From positions 7,688,001 through 7,752,000 of the forward strand of contig OZ059900.1 of assembly GCA_964057225.1 (NCBI GenBank): 64,000 bases of DNA, given 5' to 3'. This stretch comes from Auanema rhodensis. Its lineage: Eukaryota > Animalia > Nematoda. Below are positions 1-12,875 of the stretch, piece after piece. The first letter of the stretch is position 1. Every line of letters begins with the position of its first letter. A program made the position numbers and the translations under genes. The notes under the pieces are model-generated. The model was given only the letters and a program-made list of their open reading frames with translations, was not told where the DNA came from and made no database searches.

Positions 1-41
1 AATGTTCATATAGGTGTATTTTGCACGAATATCAAAACTGA

Positions 42-84
42 TTGAAATATGGGCCTTTTTATGTTCAAAACGCCATATATTCAA
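42..84. other. Imperfect inverted repeat present in each monomer (example copy)
   Basis: TTGAAATATGGGCCTTTT (42-59) resembles the reverse complement of AAAACGCCATATATTCAA (67-84), which is TTGAATATATGGCGTTTT. Loop about 60-66. Confidence 0.75.
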
Positions 85-96
85 CGATTTTGGGTA

Positions 97-123
97 CAAA
101 ACATGTGAAAACTGTATGTTTTG
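97..123. other. 8-bp perfect inverted repeat with 11-nt spacer in each monomer (example copy)
   Basis: CAAAACAT (97-104) and ATGTTTTG (116-123). Confidence 0.85.
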
Positions 124-181
124 ATCAGACCCTTTGAGATATGGATTTGAAATTCAGGATTCATAAACTTTGACTATTTTT

Positions 182-193
182 ACATATATATGT
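182..193. other. Perfect 12-bp palindrome in each monomer (example copy)
   Basis: ACATATATATGT is its own reverse complement. Seen altered only at 52032 and 53424. Confidence 0.9.
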
Positions 194-3100
194 CCAATTT
201 TAACCACTTTGGTCAAAAAGGACCGAAAATATCAAGAATTATTGGTTTTTTGGGGATTGAAGGGCATTTTGGCAAAATCAGTCAAACTTTTGATCTTAAG
301 CATATTTTTTTCTTCTAAAACGACTAAATGTATGAAATACTGTCATAGAATGTTCATATAGGTGTATTTTGCACGAATATCAAAACTGATTGAAATATGG
401 GCCTTTTTATGTTCAAAACGCCATATATTCAACGATTTTGGGTACAAAACATGTGAAAACTGTATGTTTTGATCAGACCCTTTGAGATATGGATTTGGAA
501 TTCAGGATTCATAAACTTTGACTATTTTTACATATATATGTTCAATTTTAACCACTTTGGTCAAAAAGGACCGAAAATATCAAGAATTATTGGTTTTTTG
601 GGGTTTGAAGGGCATTTTGGCTAAATCAGTCAAACTTTTGATCTTAAGCATATTTTTTTCTTCTAAAACGACTAAATGTATGAAATACTGTCATAGAATG
701 TTCATATAGGTGTATTTTGCACGAATATCAAAACTGATTGAAATATGGGCCTTTTTATGTTCAAAACGCCATATATTCAACGATTTTGGGTACAAAACAT
801 GTGAAAACTGTATGTTTTGATCAGACCCTTTGAGATATGGATTTGAAATTCAGGATTCATAAACTTTGACTATTTTTACATATATATGTCCAATTTTAAC
901 CACTTTGGTCAAAAAGGACCGAAAATATCAAGAATTATTGGTTTTTTGGGGATTGAAGGGCATTTTGGCAAAATCAGTCAAACTTTTGATCTTAAGCATA
1001 TTTTTTTCTTCTAAAACGACTAAATGTATGAAATACTGTCATAGAATGTTCATATAGGTGTATTTTGCACAAATATCAAAACTGATTGAAATATGGGCCT
1101 TTTTATGCTCAAAACGCCATATATTCAACGATTTTGGGTACAAAACATGTGAAAACGGTATGTTTTGATCAGACCCTTTGAGATATGGATTTGAAATTCA
1201 GGATTCATAAACTTCGACTATTTCTACATATATATGTCCAATTTTAACCACTTTGGTCAAAAAGGACCGAAAATATCAAGAATTATTGGTTTTTTGGGGT
1301 TTGAAGGGCATTTTGGCAAAATCAGTCAAACTTTTGATCTTAAGCATATTTTTTTCTTCTAAAACGACTAAATGTATGAAATACTGTCAAAGAATGTTCA
1401 TATAGGTGTATTTTGCACGAATATCAAAACTGATTGAAATATGGGCCTTTTTATGTTCAAAACGCCATATATTCAACGATTTTGGGTACAAAACATGTGA
1501 AAACTGTATGTTTTGATCAGACCCTTTGAGATATGGATTTGAAATTCAGGATTCATAAACTTTGACTATTTTTACATATATATGTCCAATTTTAACCACT
1601 TTGGTCGAAAAGGACCGAAAATATCAAGAATTATTGGTTTTTTGGGGTTTGAAGGGCATTTTGGCAAAATCAGTCAAACTTTTGATCTTAAGCATATTTT
1701 TTTCTTCTAAAACGACTAAATGTATGAAATACTGTCAAAGAATGTTCATATAGGTGTATTTTGCACGAATATCAAAACTGATTGAAATATGGGCCTTTTT
1801 ATGCTCAAAACGCCATATATTCAACGATTTTGGGTACAAAACATGTGAAAACTGTATGTTTTGATCAGACCCTTTGAGATACGGATTTGAAATTCAGCAT
1901 TCATAAACTTTGACTATTTTTACATATATATGTTCAATTTTAACCACTTTGGTCAAAAAGGACCGAAAATATCAAGAATTATTGGTTTTTTGGGGTTTGA
2001 AGGGCATTTTGGCAAAATCAGTCAAACTTTTGATCTTAAGCATATTTTTTTCTTCTAAAACGACTAAATGTATGAAATACTGTCAAAGAATGTTCATATA
2101 GGTGTATTTTGCACGAATATCAAAACTGATTGAAATATGGGCCTTTTTATGCTCAAAACGCCATATATTCAACGATTTTGGGTACAAAACATGTGAAAAC
2201 TGTATGTTTTGATCAGACCCTTTGAGATATGGATTTAAAATTCAGGATTCATAAAATTCGACTATTTTTACATATATATGTCCAATTTTAACCACTTTGG
2301 TCAAAAAGGACCGAAAATATCAAGAATTATTGGTTTTTTGGGGTTTGAAGGGCATTTTGGCAAAATCAGTCAAACTTTTGATCTTAAGCATATTTTTTTC
2401 TTCTAAAACGACTAAATGTATGAAATACTGTCATAGAATGTTCATATAGGTGTATTTTGCACGAATATCAAAACTGATTGAAATATGGGCCTTTTTATGC
2501 TCAAAACGCCATATATTCAACGATTTTGGGTACAAAACATGTGAAAACTGTATGTTTTGATCAGACCCTTTGAGATATGGATTTGAAATTCAGGATTCAT
2601 AAACTTCGACTATTTCTACATATATATGTCCAATTTTAACCATTTTGGTCAAAAAGGACCGAAAATATCAAGAATTATTGGTTTTTTGGGGTTTGAAGGG
2701 CATTTTGGCAAAATCAGTCAAACTTTTGATCTTAAGCATATTTTTTTCTTCTAAAACGACTAAATGTATGAAATACTGTCAAAGAATGTTCATATAGGTG
2801 TATTTTGCACGAATATCAAAACTGATTGAAATATGGGCCTTTTTATGCTCAAAACGCCATATATTCAACGATTTTGGGTACAAAACATGTGAAAACTGTA
2901 TGTTTTGATCAGACCCTTTGAGATATGGATTTGAAATTAGGGATTCATAAACTTCGACTATTTCTACATATATATGTCCAATTTTAACCACTTTGGTCAA
3001 AAAGGACCGAAAATATCAAGAATTATTGGTTTTTTGGGGTTTGAAGGGCATTTTGGCAAAATCAGTCAAACTTTTGATCTTAAGCATATTTTTTTCTTCT

Positions 3101-6100
3101 AAAACGACTAAATGTATGAAATACTGTCAAAGAATGTTCATATAGGTGTATTTTGCACGAATATCAAAACTGATTGAAATATGGGCCTTTTTATGCTCAA
3201 AACGCCATATATTCAACGATTTTGGGTACAAAACATGTGAAAACTGTATGTTTTGATCAGACCCTTTGAGATATGGATTTGAAATTTAGGATTCATAAAC
3301 TTCGACTATTTCTACATATATATGTCCAATTTTAACCACTTTGGTCAAAAAGGACCGAAAATATCAAGAATTATTGGTTTTTTGGGGTTTGAAGGGCATT
3401 TTGGCAAAATCAGTCAAACTTTTGATCTTAAGCATATTTTTTTCTTCTAAAACGACTAAATGTATGAAATACTGTCAAAGAATGTTCATATAGGTGTATT
3501 TTGCACGAATATCAAAACTGATTGAAATATGGGCCTTTTTATGCTCAAAACGCCATATATTCAACGATTTTGGGTACAAAACATGTGAAAACTGTATGTT
3601 TTCATCAGACCCTTTGAGATATGGATTTAAAATTCAGGATTCATAAAATTCGACTATTTTTACATATATATGTCCAATTTTAACCACTTTGGTCAAAAAG
3701 GACCGAAAATATCAAGAATTATTGGTTTTTTGGGGTTTGAAGGGCATTTTGGCAAAATCAGTCAAACTTTTGATCTTAAGCATATTTTTTTCTTCTAAAA
3801 CGACTAAATGTATGAAATACTGTCATAGAATGTTCATATAGGTGTATTTTGCACGAATATCAAAACTGATTGAAATATGGGCCTTTTTATGCTCAAAACG
3901 CCATATATTCAACGATTTTGGGTACAAAACATGTGAAAACTGTATGTTTTGATCAGACCCTTTGAGATATGGATTTGAAATTCAGGATTCATAAACTTTG
4001 ACTATTTCTACATATATATGTCCAATTTTAACCACTTTGGTCAAAAAGGACCGAAAATATCAAGAATTATTGGTTTTTTGGGGTTTGAAGGGCATTTTGG
4101 CAAAATCAGTCAAACTTTTGATCTCAAGCATATTTTTTTCTTCTAAAACGACTAAATGTATGAAATACTGTCAAAGAATGTTCATATAGGTGTATTTTGC
4201 ACGAATATCAAAACTGATTGAAATATGGGCCTTTTTATGCTCAAAACGCCATATATTCAACGATTTTGGGTACAAAACATGTGAAAACTGTATGTTTTGA
4301 TCAGACCCTTTGAGATATGGATTTGGAATTCAGGATTCATAAACTTTGACTATTTTTACATATATATGTTCAATTTTAACCACTTTGGTCAAAAAGGACC
4401 GAAAATATCAAGAATTATTGGTTTTTTGGGGTTTGAAGGGCATTTTGGCAAAATCAGTCAAACTTTTGATCTTAAGCATATTTTTTTCTTCTAAAACGAC
4501 TAAATGTATGAAATACTGTCATAGATTGTTCATATAGGTGTATTTTGCACGAATATCAAAACTGATTGAAATATGGGCCTTTTTATGCTCCAAACGCCAT
4601 ATATTCAACGATTTTGGGTACAAAACATGTGAAAACTGTATGTTTTGATCAGACCCTTTGAGATATGGATTTGAAATTCAGGATTCATAAACTTTGACTA
4701 TTATTACATATATATGTCCAATTTTAACCACTTTGGTCAAAAAGGACCGAAAATATCAAGAATTATTGGTTTTTTGGGGTTTGAAGGGCATTTTGGCAAA
4801 ATCAGTCAAACTTTTGATCTTAAGCATATTTTTTTCTTCTAAAACGACTAAATGTATGAAATACTGTCAAAGAATGTTCATATAGGTGTATTTTGCACGA
4901 ATATCAAAACTGATTGAAATATGGGCCTTTTTATGCTCAAAACGCCATATATTCAACGATTTTGGGTACAAAACATGTGAAAACTGTATGTTTTGATCAG
5001 ACCCTTTGAGATATGGATTTGAAATTCAGGATTCATAAACTTCGACTATTTCTACATATATATGTCCAATTTTAACCACTTTGGTCAAAAAGGACCGAAA
5101 ATATCAAGAATTATTGGTTTTTTGGGGTTTGAAGGGCATTTTGGCAAAATCAGTCAAACTTTTGATCTTAAGCATATTTTTTTCTTCTAAAACGACTAAA
5201 TGTATGAAATACTGTCATAGAATGTTCATATAGGTGTATTTTGCACGAATATCAAAACTGATTGAAATATGGGCCTTTTTATGCTCAAAACGCCATATAT
5301 TCAACGATTTTGGGTACAAAACATGTGAAAACTGTATGTTTTGATCAGACCCTTTGAGATATGGATTTAAAATTCAGGATTCATAAAATTTGACTATTTT
5401 TACATATATATGTCCAATTTTAACCACTTTGGTCAAAAAGGACCGAAAATATCAAGAATTATTGGTTTTTTGGGGATTGAAGGGCATTTTGGCAAAATCA
5501 GTCAAACTTTTGATCTTAAGCATATTTTTTTCTTCTAAAACGACTAAATGTATGAAATACTGTCATAGAATGTTCATATAGGTGTATTTTGCACGAATAT
5601 CAAAACTGATTGAAATATGGGCCTTTTTATGCTCAAAACGCCATATATTCAACGATTTTGGGTACAAAACATGTGAAAACTGTATGTTTTGATCAGACCC
5701 TTTGAGATATGGATTTGAAATTCAGGATTCATAAACTTTGACTATTTTTACATATATATGTCCAATTTTAACCACTTTGGTCAAAAAGGACCGAAAATAT
5801 CAAGAATTATTGGTTTTTTGGGGTTTGAAGGGCATTTTGGCTAAATCAGTCAAACTTTTGATCTTAAGCATATTTTTTTCTTCTAAAACGACTAAATGTA
5901 TGAAATACTGTCAAAGAATGTTCATATAGGTGTATTTTGCACGAATATCAAAACTGATTGAAATATGGGCCTTTTTATGCTCAAAACGCCATATATTCAA
6001 CGATTTTGGGTACAAAACATGTGAAAACTGTATGTTTTGATCAGACCCTTTGAGATATGGATTTAAAATTCAGGATTCATAAAATTCGACTATTTTTACA

Positions 6101-9100
6101 TATATATGTCCAATTTTAACCACTTTGGTCAAAAAGGACCGAAAATATCAAGAATTATTGGTTTTTTGGGGTTTGAAGGGCATTTTGGCAAAATCAGTCA
6201 AACTTTTGATCTTAAGCATATTTTTTTCTTCTAAAACGACTAAATGTATGAAATACTGTCATAGAATGTTCATATAGGTGTATTTTGCACGAATATCAAA
6301 ACTGATTGAAATATGGGCCTTTTTATGTTCAAAACGCCATATATTCAACGATTTTGGGTACAAAACATGTGAAAACTGTATGTTTTGATCAGACCCTTTG
6401 AGATATGGATTTGAAATTCAGGATTCATAAACTTTGACTATTTTTACATATATATGTCCAATTTTAACCACTTTGGTCGAAAAGGACCGAAAATATCAAG
6501 AATTATTGGTTTTTTGGGGATTGAAGGGCATTTTGGCAAAATCAGTCAAACTTTTGATCTTAAGCATATTTTTTTCTTCTAAAACGACTAAATGTATGAA
6601 ATACTGTCATAGAATGTTAATATAGGTGTATTTTGCACGAATATCAAAACTGATTGAAATATGGGCCTTTTTATGTTCAAAACGCCATATATTCAACGAT
6701 TTTGGGTACAAAACATGTGAAAACTGTATGTTTTGATCAGACCCTTTGAGATATGGATTTGAAATTCAGGATTCATAAACTTTGACTATTTTTACATATA
6801 TATGTCCAATTTTAACCACTTTGGTCAAAAAGGACCGAAAATATCAAGAATTATTGGTTTTTTGGGGATTGAAGGGCATTTTGGCAAAATCAGTCAAACT
6901 TTTGATCTTAAGCATATTTTTTTCTTCTAAAACGACTAAATGTATGAAATACTGTCATAGAATGTTCATATAGGTGTATTTTGCACGAATATCAAAACTG
7001 ATTGAAATATGGGCCTTTTTATGCTCAAAACGCCATATATTCAACGATTTTGGGTACAAAACATGTGAAAACTGTATGTTTTGATCAGACCCTTTGAGAT
7101 ATGGATTTGAAATTCAGGATTCATAAACTTTGACTATTTTTACATATATATGTCCAATTTTAACCACTTTGGTCAAAAAGGACCGAAAATAGCAAGAATT
7201 ATTGGTTTTTTGGGGTTTGAAGGGCATTTTGGCTAAATCAGTCAAACTTTTGATCTTAAGCATATTTTTTTCTTCTAAAACGACTAAATGTATGAAATAC
7301 TGTCAAAGAATGTTCATATAGGTGTATTTTGCACGAATATCAAAACTGATTGAAATATGGGCCTTTTTATGCTCAAAACGCCATATATTCAACGATTTTG
7401 GGTACAAAACATGTGAAAACTGTATGTTTTGATCAGACCCTTTGAGATATGGATTTAAAATTCAGGATTCATAAAATTCGACTATTTTTACATATATATG
7501 TCCAATTTTAACCACTTTGGTCAAAAAGGACCGAAAATATCAAGAATTATTGGTTTTTTGGGGTTTGAAGGGCATTTTGGCAAAATCAGTCAAACTTTTG
7601 ATCTTAAGCATATTTTTTTCTTCTAAAACGACTAAATGTATGAAATACTGTCAAAGAATGTTCATATAGGTGTATTTTGCACGAATATCAAAACTGATTG
7701 AAATATGGGCCTTTTTATGCTCAAAACGCCATATATTCAACGATTTTGGGTACAAAACATGTGAAAACTGTATGTTTTGATCAGACCCTTTGAGATATGG
7801 ATTTAAAATTCAGGATTCATAAAATTCGACTATTTTTACATATATATGTCCAATTTTAACCACTTTGGTCAAAAAGGACCGAAAATATCAAGAATTATTG
7901 GTTTTTTGGGGTTTGAAGGGCATTTTGGCAAAATCAGTCAAACTTTTGATCTTAAGCATATTTTTTTCTTCTAAAACGACTAAATGTATGAAATACTGTC
8001 ATAGAATGTTCATATAGGTGTATTTTGCACGAATATCAAAACTGATTGAAATATGGGCCTTTTTATGTTCAAAACGCCATATATTCAACGATTTTGGGTA
8101 CAAAACATGTGAAAACTGTATGTTTTGATCAGACCCTTTGAGATATGGATTTGAAATTCAGGATTCATAAACTTTGACTATTTTTACATATATATGTCCA
8201 ATTTCAACCACTTTGGTCGAAAAGGACCGAAAATATCAAGAATTATTGGTTTTTTGGGGATTGAAGGGCATTTTGGCAAAATCAGTCAAACTTTTGATCT
8301 TAAGCATATTTTTTTCTTCTAAAACGACTAAATGTATGAAATACTGTCATAGAATGTTCATATAGGTGTATTTTGCACGAATATCAAAACTGATTGAAAT
8401 ATGGGCCTTTTTATGTTCAAAACGCCATATATTCAACGATTTTGGGTACAAAACATGTGAAAACTGTATGTTTTGATCAGACCCTTTGAGATATGGATTT
8501 GGAATTCAGGATTTATAAACTTTGACTATTTTTACATATATATGTTCATTTTAATCACTTTGGTCAAAAAGGACCGAAAATATCAAGAATTATTGGTTTT
8601 TTGGGGTTTGAAGGGCATTTTGGCTAAATCAGTCAAACTTTTGATCTTAAGCATATTTTTTTCTTCTAAAACGACTAAATGTATGAAATACTGTCAAAGA
8701 ATGTTCATATAGGTGTATTTTGCACGAATATCAAAACTGATTGAAATATGGGCCTTTTTATGCTCAAAACGCCATATATTCAACGATTTTGGGTACAAAA
8801 CATGTGAAAACTGTATGTTTTGATCAGACCCTTTGAGATATGGATTTAAAATTCAGGATTCATAAAATTCGACTATTTTTACATATATATGTCCAATTTT
8901 AACCACTTTGGTCAAAAAGGACCGAAAATATCAAGAATTATTGGTTTTTTGGGGTTTGAAGGGCATTTTGGCAAAATCAGTCAAACTTTTGATCTTAAGC
9001 ATATTTTTTTCTTCTAAAACGACTAAATGTATGAAATACTGTCATAGAATGTTCATATAGGTGTATTTTGCACGAATATCAAAACTGATTGAAATATGGG

Positions 9101-10091
9101 CCTTTTTATGTTCAAAACGCCATATATTCAACGATTTTGGGTACAAAACATGTGAAAACTGTATGTTTTGATCAGACCCTTTGAGATATGGATTTAAAAT
9201 TCAGGATTCATAAAATTCGACTATTTTTACATATATATGTCCAATTTTAACCACTTTGGTCAAAAAGGACCGAAAATATCAAGAATTATTGGTTTTTTGG
9301 GGTTTGAAGGGCATTTTGGCAAAATCAGTCAAACTTTTGATCTTAAGCATATTTTTTTCTTCTAAAACGACTAAATGTATGAAATACTGTCAAAGAATGT
9401 TCATATAGGTGTATTTTGCACGAATATCAAAACTGATTGAAATATGGGCCTTTTTATGTTCAAAACGCCATATATTCAACGATTTTGGGTACAAAACATG
9501 TGAAAACTGTATGTTTTGATCAGACCCTTTGAGATATGGATTTGAAATTCAGGATTCATAAACTTCGACTATTTTTACATATATATGTCCAATTTTAACC
9601 ACTTTGGTCGAAAAGGACCGAAAATATCAAGAATTATTGGTTTTTTGGGGATTGAAGGGCATTTTGGCAAAATCAGTCAAACTTTTGATCTTAAGCATAT
9701 TTTTTTCTTCTAAAACGACTAAATGTATGAAATACTGTCATAGAATGTTCATATAGGTGTATTTTGCACGAATATCAAAACTGATTGAAATATGGGCCTT
9801 TTTATGTTCAAAACGCCATATATTCAACGATTTTGGGTACAAAACATGTGAAAACTGTATGTTTTGATCAGACCCTTTGAGATATGGATTTGGAATTCAG
9901 GATTCATAAACTTTGACTATTTTTACATATATATGTTCAATTTTAACCACTTTGGTCAAAAAGGACCGAAAATATCAAGAATTATTGGTTTTTTGGGGTT
10001 TGAAGGGCATTTTGGCTAAATCAGTTAAACTTTTGATCTTAAGCATATTTTTTTCTTCTAAAACGACTAAATGTATGAAATACTGTCATAG

Positions 10092-12875
10092 AATGTTCAT
10101 ATAGGTGTATTTTGCACGAATATCAAAACTGATTGAAATATGGGCCTTTTTATGTTCAAAACGCCATATATTCAACGATTTTGGGTACAAAACATGTGAA
10201 AACTGTATGTTTTGATCAGACCCTTTGAGATATGGATTTGAAATTCAGGATTCATAAACTTTGACTATTTTTACATATATATGTCCAATTTTAACCACTT
10301 TGGTCAAAAAGGACCGAAAATATCAAGAATTATTGGTTTTTTGGGGATTGAAGGGCATTTTGGCAAAATCAGTCAAACTTTTGATCTTAAGCATATTTTT
10401 TTCTTCTAAAACGACTAAATGTATGAAATACTGTCATAGAATGTTCATATAGGTGTATTTTGCACAAATATCAAAACTGATTGAAATATGGGCCTTTTTA
10501 TGCTCAAAACGCCATATATTCAACGATTTTGGGTACAAAACATGTGAAAACGGTATGTTTTGATCAGACCCTTTGAGATATGGATTTGAAATTCAGGATT
10601 CATAAACTTCGACTATTTCTACATATATATGTCCAATTTTAACCACTTTGGTCAAAAAGGACCGAAAATATCAAGAATTATTGGTTTTTTGGGGTTTGAA
10701 GGGCATTTTGGCAAAATCAGTCAAACTTTTGATCTTAAGCATATTTTTTTCTTCTAAAACGACTAAATGTATGAAATACTGTCAAAGAATGTTCATATAG
10801 GTGTATTTTGCACGAATATCAAAACTGATTGAAATATGGGCCTTTTTATGCTCAAAACGCCATATATTCAACGATTTTGGGTACAAAACATGTGAAAACT
10901 GTATGTTTTGATCAGACCCTTTGAGATATGGATTTAAAATTCAGGATTCATAAAATTCGACTATTTTTACATATATATGTCCAATTTTAACCACTTTGGT
11001 CAAAAAGGACCGAAAATATCAAGAATTATTGGTTTTTTGGGGTTTGAAGGGCATTTTGGCAAAATCAGTCAAACTTTTGATCTTAAGCATATTTTTTTCT
11101 TCTAAAACGACTAAATGTATGAAATACTGTCATAGAATGTTCATATAGGTGTATTTTGCACGAATATCAAAACTGATTGAAATATGGGCCTTTTTATGCT
11201 CAAAACGCCATATATTCAACGATTTTGGGTACAAAACATGTGAAAACTGTATGTTTTGATCAGACCCTTTGAGATATGGATTTGAAATTCAGGATTCATA
11301 AACTTCGACTATTTCTACATATATATGTCCAATTTTAACCACTTTGGTCAAAAAGGACCGAAAATATCAAGAATTATTGGTTTTTTGGGGTTTGAAGGGC
11401 ATTTTGGCAAAATCAGTCAAACTTTTGATCTTAAGCATATTTTTTTCTTCTAAAACGACTAAATGTATGAAATACTGTCATAGAATGTTCATATAGGTGT
11501 ATTTTGCACGAATATCAAAACTGATTGAAATATGGGCCTTTTTATGTTCAAAACGCCATATATTCAACGATTTTGGGTACAAAACATGTGAAAACTGTAT
11601 GTTTTGATCAGACCCTTTGAGATATGGATTTGAAATTCAGGATTCATAAACTTTGACTATTTTTACATATATATGTCCAATTTTAACCACTTTGGTCAAA
11701 AAGGACCGAAAATATCAAGAATTATTGGTTTTTTGGGGATTGAAGGGCATTTTGGCAAAATCAGTCAAACTTTTGATCTTAAGCATATTTTTTTCTTCTA
11801 AAACGACTAAATGTATGAAATACTGTCATAGAATGTTCATATAGGTGTATTTTGCACAAATATCAAAACTGATTGAAATATGGGCCTTTTTATGCTCAAA
11901 ACGCCATATATTCAACGATTTTGGGTACAAAACATGTGAAAACGGTATGTTTTGATCAGACCCTTTGAGATATGGATTTGAAATTCAGGATTCATAAACT
12001 TCGACTATTTCTACATATATATGTCCAATTTTAACCACTTTGGTCAAAAAGGACCGAAAATATCAAGAATTATTGGTTTTTTGGGGTTTGAAGGGCATTT
12101 TGGCAAAATCAGTCAAACTTTTGATCTTAAGCATATTTTTTTCTTCTAAAACGACTAAATGTATGAAATACTGTCAAAGAATGTTCATATAGGTGTATTT
12201 TGCACGAATATCAAAACTGATTGAAATATGGGCCTTTTTATGCTCAAAACGCCATATATTCAACGATTTTGGGTACAAAACATGTGAAAACTGTATGTTT
12301 TGATCAGACCCTTTGAGATATGGATTTAAAATTCAGGATTCATAAAATTCGACTATTTTTACATATATATGTCCAATTTTAACCACTTTGGTCAAAAAGG
12401 ACCGAAAATATCAAGAATTATTGGTTTTTTGGGGTTTGAAGGGCATTTTGGCAAAATCAGTCAAACTTTTGATCTTAAGCATATTTTTTTCTTCTAAAAC
12501 GACTAAATGTATGAAATACTGTCATAGAATGTTCATATAGGTGTATTTTGCACGAATATCAAAACTGATTGAAATATGGGCCTTTTTATGCTCAAAACGC
12601 CATATATTCAACGATTTTGGGTACAAAACATGTGAAAACTGTATGTTTTGATCAGACCCTTTGAGATATGGATTTGAAATTCAGGATTCATAAACTTCGA
12701 CTATTTCTACATATATATGTCCAATTTTAACCACTTTGGTCAAAAAGGACCGAAAATATCAAGAATTATTGGTTTTTTGGGGTTTGAAGGGCATTTTGGC
12801 AAAATCAGTCAAACTTTTGATCTTAAGCATATTTTTTTCTTCTAAAACGACTAAATGTATGAAATACTGTCATAG
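10092..12875. repeat. Tandem duplication of a 4-monomer block (1392 bp)
   Basis: The same four-class order occurs twice. The m27A/m113G/m180C monomer starts at 10440 and 11832; ORF starts at 10261 and 11653. Confidence 0.8.

Larger units (their letters stand above)
1..348. repeat. Reference monomer (348 bp, ~30% GC)
   Basis: First complete unit. Common polymorphic sites: m27 G/A, m64 T/C, m113 T/G, m149 G/A, m150 A/G, m168 C/A, m171 T/C, m180 T/C, m194 C/T, m215 A/G, m256 A/T, m274 A/T, m293 A/C, m346 T/A. Confidence 0.98.

Noticed and set aside
246-273. G-quadruplex or telomeric motif around TTTTTTGGGGTTTGAAGGG
   Set aside because: Only two G-runs of three or more lie close together, and there is no tandem telomeric repeat.
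1-348. 5S rDNA, tRNA, snRNA or spliced-leader tandem gene unit
   Set aside because: No recognisable 5S sequence, cloverleaf or Pol III A/B/C boxes by eye, and the unit is uniformly AT-rich. An Rfam/Infernal scan would be the definitive test.
1-348. Assignment to a named satellite of similar length (Drosophila 1.688 family, beetle ~340-360-bp satellites, or plant ~350-bp dimeric centromeric repeats)
   Set aside because: Only length and AT content are similar. I cannot recognise sequence identity, so a database search is needed.
1212-1228. CENP-B box at TTCG in m171C monomers
   Set aside because: TTCGACTATTTCTACA lacks the downstream A..CGGG of the NTTCGNNNNANNCGGGN motif.
8473-8712. 79-aa and 65-aa MIRPFEIW ORFs, and the minus-strand 73-aa ORF at 2779-3000
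   Set aside because: Chance frames opened by m150G, the 1-bp deletion or singleton substitutions.
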